Translations under genes and position numbers: made by a program
Assembly (NCBI GenBank): GCA_965153355.1
Contig: OZ231126.1
Span: forward strand, 20,832,001-20,896,000
From: Flaccisagitta enflata
Taxonomy: Eukaryota
Length of the DNA: 64,000 nt
Direction: 5' to 3'
The notes under the pieces: generated by a model
Database searches by the model: none
What the model saw: only the letters and a program-made list of their open reading frames with translations
What the model was told of the DNA's origin: nothing
Shown: piece after piece, positions 53,893-64,000 of the stretch
Layout of the letters: each line of letters begins with the position of its first letter
Position numbering within the stretch: position 1 is the first letter of the stretch

Positions 53893-56856
53893 CGAATTCA
53901 GCAATAAAATCTAACCCTTAGTAAGATCTTAGGATTTTTTTTTTCAATAGCCGTCATTGATCAGTCTTCTGGCACCTGAATCAAGGCTAGTGAATCTGTT
54001 TTTGGGCAGCGGACCCAAAGGTGTCCATGATCCATGCCTCCCACTCATTCGAGTCTCAAGGCCCGGATCTCAGCCTCATGACGCACATCCTAGCCTCATG
54101 GCGCAAAACCTAGCATCAAGGCCCAAGATCCAGCTTTAAAGCCTAAATCCAAGAGCACAAATCTTGCGCTTCCCTCCGTTGCCTGTTCTTTCAGGTGCCA
54201 AGTGCCAATGGCAACCTGATTTACTTCAGCATTGTTTCTCGTCTTTTGTCCAAGCGTTACACCCTCACACAACTCTATAGCTTGATCAACCTGAGCTTCC
54301 GCTATGATTGTTTGGAGAGAATTGAAAAATTTTGAAATCGGAGGCTTCATTCCCCTCCCTTTTAAACCGCCCTCATGTCCTTGCCACACATAGGCAGCTG
54401 AAAATGGAATAAAGATGGTAAATGAGGCAGCAACTAGCTGTTAAACCAACGCAATAATATTTTTTTTTACAGTTCCAGTAGCAAGTCTGGGATTGAAAGT
54501 GTAAGCAAAGAGCTAAATTGATAATTTTTCCAAGAGTGAATAACTTGTTTCATTCATCAATCAGTGAAACAATGAATGTATGAACGAATTAGTCAACAAA
54601 TCAATCAATGTATGAATGGATGAATAAACAAAAGGATGAATGATTGGATGGATGTATGAACGAATGAATGAAGTTATTTTTCCAAAAATATGATACAGGT
54701 GTGATAAACCAGTTCATCGACTTTGAAGCAAAACAAATAAAACATGAAAAATAGGAAGATTTTGGTCTTTCCCGACAGTTTTGGGTCCCTTAAGCCCTCG
54801 GGAAGGGCCCTTAGAGGATCATAAACCAGCTCTTTTATTCCCATCTAGCTCTCCTGCCCTAGATGGCAGTGTCTGAATAAATAAATTGGCCCTTCAATGC
54901 CCTAAAAGAGAAAACCAGTCGCCCAAGGGCAATATGTGGTCAGCGATACCCAATGCCCTGCTTTGCATGGTTGTGAATTTGAGGGGGGAAGCAGGGCAGT
55001 GGCCTGGAAGGGGACAAAGTCCTATAGATTAAAGGGGAACTTTCATTTGTTTGCTCGTCTATACATGGTTTGAGGCCTGAGAGAGCAGACTTACAGCCTG
55101 AGAGGGCTTGATACAGGTCTGAGAGGGCTTATTTGAGGCCCTAGATAGCTCACTTGAGGCTTGAGAGGGCTGATTTGAGGCCTGAGAGGGACAATTTGAG
55201 GCCCAAGAGTGATGATTTGAGGCCCAAGAGTGATGATTTCCGGCTCAAGAGAACTGATGACTCATCATCAGTGATGAGGCCAGAGAGGCTTGATTTGTGG
55301 CCTGATAGGACTGACTAAAGGCTTAAGAGGACTGATTTGAGGCCTCAGGGGCTTGATTTAAGGCCTGAAAGGACTGATTTGAGGCTTGAGAGAGATGATT
55401 TAAGGCTTGAGAGGGCTGATTTTTGGCCTGAGAGGGATGATTTGAGGCCTAAAACAGCTGATTTGAGGCCTAGTTTGAAGCCTGAGAAGCAGGAAAACAA
55501 ACAAACAGACAAATGGACAAACAGACGAAAGTCCCACTATGTTCCACAGGACTTCGTCCCCTTCGGAGCCGCTGCCCAAAAACAACTGAAAATGCAAAGA
55601 TTTTGGTTATTTATGACTGATTGGTCCTTTAGCTGACCCTAGATGGGCCCCCTCTGAGGTCTCTATCCTTAATCTGTTTACCCCACCACCAGATAAAAAT
55701 ATATTCATATGATAATTACAGCTCCATCAATCTCTAAGGGGAAATTGCAACAAAAAGCTCATTATTAATCATCATTTTAGCTAATTGGGGCACTATGAGG
55801 ACCCGTGAAGGGGCCCCCTAGAGGCTACTTTTATCTATTTCTTAGAACTTTATATTCTACTACTAAATATTGTTCAATCAAGACCAATAACATGATTTTT
55901 TTATCAATCCATCGATAAAACATAACAGGTCGCCCAAGGGCAATATGTTATCAGCGATACCCGTTGCCCTGCTTTGCATGGTTGTAAATCGGAATGAGAG
56001 GCAGGGCAGTGGCCCCGAAGGGGACAAAGTCCTGTAGAACACAGGGGACTTTCGTTCGTTTATCCGTCCGTTTGTCCGTCCGTCCGCCCCCCCAAGGCCC
56101 TCTCAGGCCTGAAATCTGCCCTCTCAGGCCTAAAATCTGTCCCCTCAGGCCTGAAATCTGCCCTCTCAGGCCTTGAATCTGAGAGGGCAGATTTCAGGCC
56201 TGAGAGGGCAGATATAAAGCCTGACAGGCAGGTTTCAGGCCTGAACAGGCAAATTTCAGGCCTGAGAGGGCAGATTCAAGGCCTGAGAGGGCAGATTTCA
56301 GGCCTGAGAGGGCAGATTTTAGGCCTGAGAGGGCAGATTTCAGGCCTGAGAGGGTCTGGGGGGACGAACGAACGAACGGACGGACGGACAAAAGTCCCCT
56401 GTGTTCTACATGACTTCGTCCCCTTCGGGGCCTCTGCCCAAAAACAACAAGGTAAGTCATAAATCAAACAAGTTCTCTCATTTTTGCAATTTTCGCGCAT
56501 CTTACCTCTTACTTAAAACAAGTGGGCCCCCGGGTTAAATGGATCAAAATAAGTAAAAGAATTGTAGCATTCATCCTCTAATATATTAATTTTCATGAAA
56601 AAATGGAAATCAATTACTAATTCCAACCTAAGCAATCGACCTTCTACCCGACATGTAGTGGCTAACCCACAAGTCACAACGAAAAAAGTTTAAAAAATCC
56701 AATGATCTCATTTGCATATTGTAGTCAAATTCCGCGCAACTAGATCAACATATATAATGATTAAACTGTTCCATTCTGGTCTAGTAACCTATAAACTGTA
56801 ATAAAAATCCCCCATGGAGATATTTGATCCATTTTTACGCATTTCACTACACCCTA
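53397..56856. mobile_element. Non-autonomous DNA transposon with 8-bp TSD (hAT or Mutator-like)
   Basis: TSD TTGTTTAA at 53389-53396 and 56857-56864, matching the uninterrupted site in the related copy near 39920. Termini TAGGGCGTAGT / ACTACACCCTA with ~160-bp imperfect TIRs. Confidence 0.85.
55924..56445 (+). mobile_element. HINE-like family B copy with palindromic (foldback) body
   Basis: Same head and inverted repeats as 12024-12722; the 21-bp array runs CCCTCTCAGGCCTGAAATCTG to ~56173, then reverses. Confidence 0.75.
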
Positions 56857-59800
56857 TTGTTTAAGCAAGCAAAATAAAAAAAAATATGTCAGTGAGCAGA
56901 GCTGCTCATCTATAGGGGCATTTACAATTATTCTAGCTCATTTAGCTCAGTTACCTTGCTCTTTTACTCTGATTTTAAATAGGATAAATACAATAATGTT
57001 TTGACCTTAGCATGCAAATACAATAAAGCATATCAGTGAGCAAGACTGGTTGTCTGGTTGAATTTGAATATTTTAGCTCATCTAGCTCATTTGGCTCAGT
57101 CCTATTTTTCTCTGATTTTCAGTGCAATCAATACATACAATTGCTTTTGATTTGATCTAACAAATAAAAAAAATTCAGTGACTGAAGATAAAAGCATGGT
57201 GAAAAGTGACCAATGATTACGACTTTTTTCCTCACGGCGACAGCCGCCATTACTGGTAATATCATTCTTGTTTCAAACCTTATGTGAGACAGCAGTGAAG
57301 TGTTAAATCTTCAAAGATTTTCTTTTTTTCAAGCTTTTCAATTTTTTCCCTCCTTTCCAAACCCTTTGATTTTATCCTCCCCCACTGGTAGGTAAAGAAG
57401 TATAAGTTACTTCCTGACATTTCTGAACATGGCATTTTTTCCCATCTATGAAACGTAAAGTCGCGAAAAAAACTAGGGGGACTATTAATCATCAGCCTAA
57501 ATCGTTTTCAAGTTATGTTGTAATTCATTATCATAATTGACGAAAAAATATGGTCAAAGAATTGTACGCTTCTTTTCTAAAACTTGCCCCCGCCCATTTT
57601 TCTCAGAGTCAAAGTTTCACTTCACATGTATCATTGCGCGTCATCAATCATTAAAAAATACGGAAAATCATAGCACAAACATTTTTTGGTGATTGTCTGA
57701 TAGTAGAGCGCTCTTCAATTCATGTCTGGCTGCGTGTAGAAGCAGGAAATATGCGATCTGGTTCGGAAAAAAATCGTTCTCCGATTACTTAAATACACAT
57801 GCGCAACTTACCACAATAGAATGAGACAACTAGAGTGACGCAGAAAACGCCTCTTAAAAAACCGCGCTACATTAAGTATTCATCCTCATGATGAAATAGA
57901 TCGAGTAAGAAAAGTGAAATAACCTCTAAAAGCTGAAGATTATGAGGAACAAAAATTGTTTTGACCATAAGACATGATGAAAGTTATCGTGACACTTCAT
58001 CTTCACCAGGGGCAAAAAATCCATCATTATTTTTCCTAAAAATATATAATTCACCTGATACTACATGCTAAACTAGGTAATTAACAGAAAAAATCAATGC
58101 AAAATCTCATCAAATAAAAAAGTTACGGCTATTTTTGATCAAAAAATTATTGATTTCCTTTTTCACTGATTTTGATTTTTTTAATGAAAAATCAAAAACA
58201 AATCTTGCTAAAACCCTGAAACAACAGTTCAACAATATCTAAATCAATAGGAGAATAAAATAAAACAATTTATTTTATACTTTTAAACACTTTTTTACAT
58301 TTTTTTCTAATTTTTGATAATATTGCAGCCTACAAAAGTTCTAGAATAAATAACAAGGCCGGATACATAGCTACCCTAGTCGAGTGCGGGTAGGCAGGAG
58401 CAGTGCTGGAGAAGGTCACTAGGGCATCTGGGCAGTAGCCGTATGCTTGAAAAGCTCAAAAACGCAAAAAAAGTGAAAAGGGGACTAACCGATCAACCGA
58501 CGGACCGACATATAGGGGTGTAAAGTCGTGAAGCACGCGACTAAAGATTTATAAAATTAAAGTTTCTTGGTTTTTACAATTAATAGCAGCTTAAAGAGTT
58601 TTTAAATCAGATTAAGGCATAAACATAACAATAAACGGGAAATATAGTTGGTTTTTTAAAATAAACAGAATGTCTGTCAGAATGTTCTACTTGACTACAC
58701 CCCGCTTTGAAGGCTTGTTGGTTGGTCCGTCTGTTTATCACACTTTACTTTTTGGGTTTTTTTGCAGTCTTTGTCCTCACTGCTTCTGCCCAAAAGATCA
58801 AATGACCTCAAATACTGCCCCTGCCCATCCACAAGCGACTGGGGTAGCCGAGTATCCGGCCTAGTTTTCTAGAAATGGTTCTGGTGTTTGTGTAACAAGC
58901 TCTTTATTCTGATTGGATTTCTTTTGATTAACAAGAAAATTCAAAATAATTGGGAACTGAAAGATAAAAATGCAGATTTTGGCTATTTTGCCCCATTTTT
59001 TGCTTGTTATTGGCCATTTAGGTCATTGGAAACAATGTCAAAAGCTCCAAATGAGTATTTTTGGCCTAATTCTGTGTAAAATAAGTGAGAATACAAAAAA
59101 AGTTCCAAATAACTTTAAAATTATCAGCCAAAGATACAGATTTTGACCATTTTGGTCCATTTATGGCCTGTTTTTAGCCAGTTTGGAAAACCGGTGTGCT
59201 CTTGATAAGCACATTCATTCCTGTACTAATTAGATTGAGTATGATTTAAGAAAAAAATCTGAATCACTATGACGCTTCTAAAAAGAACATCATTTTTAGT
59301 CGCGGACTAGCGACTCTATAAGAGGCTTTGTCCGTCCGTCGGTCGGTCCGTCGGTCGGTCGGTCGGTCCGTGGTGATCGAGTCGGAAAGTGGGAAAACAC
59401 GCATTTCCGCCCCTGCCCACCCGTCCGCGACTGGTATTGGCCGTGTATCCGGCCTTGTTGGCCATTTTGACCCATTTTTAGCCTGTTTTTTGTCATCAAT
59501 GATCTAAATAAAATTATGAAATTTTTATAGAGGATGATTTCACCTCAGTTCTCTCCTGGGTCAAGTGAAAAACTATACCGGGACATGATATTTACTAGAG
59601 ATAACAAAAAAAAAAACAAACCTATAAAAAAACAAACAAAAAAACTGATTTTTAAAAAAGTTGCCAATAGACTGTTTTAAAATGAGGGTCAGATTTGTGT
59701 TCAGCACGAGAAAATAATCAAAAAACTGAAATTCAAATGGTTTTTGATAATTTTGGACCTATATCTCAGTTCCTGCTGTGAAGCTTCTTTCCTATGGTTG

Positions 59801-60929
59801 AAAATTGATAAGACATAGCGAAACGGTGAATAACAAATTTGCATAAAAAGTGAAAAATCGAAAAAACCAAAAAAATCAGACCTTCCTAAAATATTTTTTC
59901 TAAGGTCTGATGTTTTTGAAAATGCAAAATTTTCATCCATGATTGAGATTGGTTATTCACCGTTTTTAAAATGTTTTTTTCCAAAATATGAAATTAGCCT
60001 GTAAAGATTAGAAAAATCAGTAAAAACCATACTTAACATTGACCAAATGTTATGAAATTTGATATGTAGGTAGTTGGGTGTCCCCCTCAACTACAGTAAA
60101 AATTTCAACCTTTTACTCAAACGGGAAGTGCCTTAAAAAAAGATAAATAGATTTTTTGTTATTTTTTTCATATTTTCTTTGTCAACTGACATTTTTTATA
60201 AGATAGCGATTTTAGACTCCAAAAACGGCCCAATTACGGTGGCAAAAAAACTGATGTTACTTCGAGATTAGTTTGAGTAGATGTTGGTGAGAAACTGAGT
60301 CAAATCGCCCCTACCTAGCCAGTAATAGTTGGGAAAAATTGGTGTTCAAAATCTTTGGTCTTCCAATATCCAATTTTTACTCAATATCTTTGTATTATTG
60401 AGATCTAATCACTGGTATTAATGTCTATTCTGCATGCTACTTCTACCAAAGGTACAAGGAGGATATATTTTACATACTGAGAAATGATTTTTTGATTTAA
60501 ATTGAATGAAAAAGATGCAAAAAACTAGAAGAAAATGGCATAAAATTAAAGTGTTCTCATTTGGTTCAGTCTGTCATAATATAGACGAAATGCTTTTGCT
60601 CAAAAAAGATTTTGATTGACTGCGCTGAAGTTGACCTTTCAGTCCCTGAGCGAAAGAATGTTTTCATATGAGGTTAAGTATTTCATATTTGTCTATCTAA
60701 TTCAATACAAACAAATTAACGCCAACAGAACGTAAAGAGGTTCGCGAGCAAAATCGATTCTGCGTCGATCAAGCCCAAAAACGTCTAGATTGGTGGCGTG
60801 TACAGCCTGTAACAACGTTCAACACTTCAGGGGGCGAGTTTTTTTAAAAGCGATTTCCGTTCAACGTCGTATTAAGTAAAATAAATAGTTCGCTACCCAC
60901 CTTTGGGGGGGAAGGGGAATACTCAACTA

Positions 60930-61694
60930 CAGGGCATTCAATCTCATTTGACACGAAAGGAACCTTTATTGTGCTGAAACTATTTGACTTTTCAGTCTGA
61001 TTTTTTTTCTCATAAAAGCACTATGTATGACATTTTTTGTATCAAATTTTCATAGGGGTGGGTCTTGAAATTCAGCAGAAATCCATGTTTGAAGTTATGC
61101 AGTAAATTCAACAAATAAGGTGGTTTTCTCGCAAATTTTGACTTAAAAAATGCATAAAATTCAATGTGTTTCAAACTTCAGATGCTTGATTAGAGTCAAA
61201 GTGATAAATGCTATGACCCCAATGTTAGAAATAGCCAGGTTATATCACAGAACAGTGAACTTTAGGCAAATACTATCAAATTTTTGACAAAGATCTTACA
61301 AAAACTTAATCAACAATTGTTTTTTCCCAATAAAAAGGAAAATGGTTGATCATGATGAAATTTCAAAGAATCGTTTTTCTCAGAAATAAAACCTACATGA
61401 AATTATCTGCCATTCTAGACCAATCTCATATCTGTGGCTCAAAGCGTTAAGAAATGAGAGCAGTTTAAAGATGAAAGGTCAGAACCTCAAAATCAAACAA
61501 AACCTCCCATCTCATTATGACATCTTACACTTTAAAATGGGTTATCTCCTAAACTAATTGACCCAGCACTACAAAATTTGGACACAAAAAACGTCATATA
61601 TAGTTCTTTTATGAGAAAAAAAATCAAACTGAAAAGTTGATTCGTTTTTGCACAGCATAGGTTCTTTTCGTGTCAAATGAGATTGAAGACCCTG
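60930..61694. mobile_element. Tc1/mariner-type MITE
   Basis: TA|CAGGGCATTCAATCTCATTTGACACGAAAGGAACCT ... AGGTTCTTTTCGTGTCAAATGAGATTGAAGACCCTG|TA. Confidence 0.85.
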
Positions 61695-62089
61695 TATATA
61701 CATGCCTGCACTTTAGTCCACCCTACTGTAGAGTGTAGAACTCGTTTACTCTAAGATTTCTTTTGCTCACACGCATGAGACGCGGACAGTCAGTACCCGG
61801 CCTTAATCTCCTATTTTTTTTAACAAAAGGAGTACAATGCATCCGATAGGGTCGAGGGTCATTGTCAAAAAGATAAATGCAATGAGAAAAGCGGCAGTAA
61901 CGCACAAGCGGTATTGCCTATCCTGGTGCTGGAGGTGATCGTCTTCTTCGCATTTACCAAGCCAACAATTTGAACTGCCAAAATAAGTGGATGGATGAAA
62001 AACTCTACCAAATGAACATTGACATCTGGAAAATAACGTCCGGAGTTTTGGAAATCATAAGTCACCACGCTTGCAAACATATTTATGCA

Positions 62090-62250
62090 CATTTAAACCC
62101 TGCTGTAACGGACCCGCCACCAATCGAATTCTGCCTATACCAAATGCACTAGTTCATTTTTTAATTTCCTTTGTTGGTAATAATAGAAGTCCGCTTACAA
62201 CAAAAGAAAATTCTTGGTCCCCTGAAATCCGTTACAGCAGGTTTCAACTG
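62090..62250. mobile_element. Tc1/mariner (pogo-like) MITE, same family as 312-487
   Basis: CCTGCTGTAACGGA / TCCGTTACAGCAGG inverted ends, right end CAACTG|TA, shared AACGGACCCGCCA and GAAATCCGTTA. Confidence 0.65.
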
Positions 62251-62466
62251 TACGAATGCTCCGATTTTCAGAAGAACTTATGAGCAGGAATGAGATCAGT
62301 TTCATTGATCTTTTGTTGTCGAGGTTTTCGACAAAAGATTTCATTACAAAATTCTGGGTGTATCAGAGGATTTATTTTGATAAAATGATATCATGGGACC
62401 TGTCATTATTTCAGTTCTGCATAAAAAGAAATATTTATCACTACACTTAAAAAAGAAAAGAAAAAA

Positions 62467-62529
<63 letters not shown>

Positions 62530-64000
62530 GAAAAGAGGTGCAACTAAAAACGGCTGAAAGCTAAATTGTGAAAGGAGCGAAAAAAAGGGGACCAAAAAGA
62601 AAACAAGGCCAAGCAGGCCAATAAGGTGCGACGTGAGGATCGTCGAACGAATGCGTTACCGACCGACCGACCGATCGACCTACCAACCAACCAACGGACA
62701 CAGCCAGTTATAGAGGTGCTTTGTCGCACCGAAAAAAGGCTGAACACATTCTTGAAGCGGTTATTTCATTGGGGCTTTCGTGTGTGTGTGTGTGGAAGAA
62801 GACAATTTGAAGAGGGCCATAAAACTGCCAGCCTTATCAAACTGTTTCCAGCGGCGAGGCTTCTATCAAACAACTTTTCAGTTTCATCCAAACTAATTTC
62901 CATTCAATCTCCAACTTGCCAGCAAGAGGTAGGGGGGGGAAGCAAAAGACAACCACGTTTAGTGACATAGATACACTTTTTTTTTTATAAGAGACTTTTT
63001 TATAAGAGACATGAGGCTGAGATTCACTGAAAATTTAAGAACAAAATAAGAGACAGCTCAGGCTGACTTTTGCCTCAGCTAATTTTTAGCATGCACGCGA
63101 CTCTACACCCCGCTTTGTCCGTCCGTTGGTTGGTCAATCAGTTGGTCAGTCGGTTGGTCCCCATTTTACTTTTTTTATCAATTTCATTTCTTTAAGTCAT
63201 TTAAGTCTTTTTAGGTTAAACTTAGTCATTCTAAGCCATTCTAAGTCATTCTGTTACAGATTCTGTTAGTCTCGCACGCAACTTTTAGGTGTTGGCCTGG
63301 TTTTTCCTTTTATTACAAGTGAGAGTAGTAAAAGTAGTAATAGTAGCAGCAAAAGTAGTAGTAGTATCAGTAGTAGTAGTAATAGTAGTAGTAGTAGTAG
63401 TAGTAGTTGTAGTTGTAAAAGTAGTAGTAGTAGTAGTATTAAAAGTAGTAGTAGCAGTAATATTACAGTTTAGCTTCACTTGAAGGCATCTCAAGGGACC
63501 AGTGGATTTCATGCCTTCAAGGCGGGGTGCCTTATAGCCAAGCATGTACATTTCTGCACCATACTGAATGCATAAGGCTCAAATATACTTTACTTATTCT
63601 ATCTTTCACAATCAAATAGGCATAGATGGATACTTTGAAGTAACAACAAAAAAACTGGATTTTCCTATACTTTTTGCAAAAAGTAAAGTTTCACCATTAT
63701 CATTATTCATTTAATAGCATGACACCTAACATAGCATGAATAAGACCAGACTGATTTTGAAACTTGTATGGAGTTGACTATTCTTAGACCTTTTACTCTA
63801 ATGACATTCCGTGGTTGAAAATGTCATCCAGACACTAACATGTCATCATCGATTGACATGGATTCATTGACTAATCGACTTTCACTCTTCTTCTTCATCA
63901 TCTTCCTCCTCCTCCTCCTTCACTTGCTCTTCATCATAATCATCAATGCTACTTTTGATCATCGGCATACCTTTTCATCGTCATTGGTATTCCTCTTCAT

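Larger units (their letters stand above)
52378..57297. mobile_element. Foldback MITE split by nested insertions
   Basis: CTGTCTCACATAAGGTTTGGGACAAGAATGATATTACCA / TGGTAATATCATTCTTGTTTCAAACCTTATGTGAGACAG; palindromic body at 52415-52942. Confidence 0.75.

Noticed and set aside
57375-60915. Possible degraded TIR element
   Set aside because: Only patchy inverted similarity at the ends and no TSD; cannot delimit it confidently.

Overview
Repeat-rich animal (bilaterian invertebrate-like) genomic DNA. Nearly all ORFs in the supplied track are microsatellite or satellite artefacts. Two spliced genes can be reconstructed by hand. (1) On the + strand is the 3' part of a posterior (Abd-B class) Hox gene whose homeobox is split by two introns (exons 1012-1118, 1814-1903, 3171-3260). 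(2) On the - strand is a TXNDC5/ERp46-like WCGHC thioredoxin domain (exons 50076-49944, 49708-49595, 48315-48171, possible last exon 45217-45169). The rest is mostly non-autonomous DNA transposon material. This includes a ~17.4 kb region bounded by 23-bp inverted repeats (8462-25890) that contains ~450-bp octamer-bearing subrepeats and a ~9.5 kb diverged palindrome centred on a satellite that flips strand at 17308. There are also two abundant Helentron/DINE-1-like (HINE) families with central tandem arrays, TA-flanked MITEs, a nested stack of elements at 52.4-57.3 kb, a 58-bp hairpin satellite with higher-order structure (35.9-39.1 kb) and a dense GTCACGTG E-box cluster (42.7-43.6 kb). All calls are by eye; no database searches were run.
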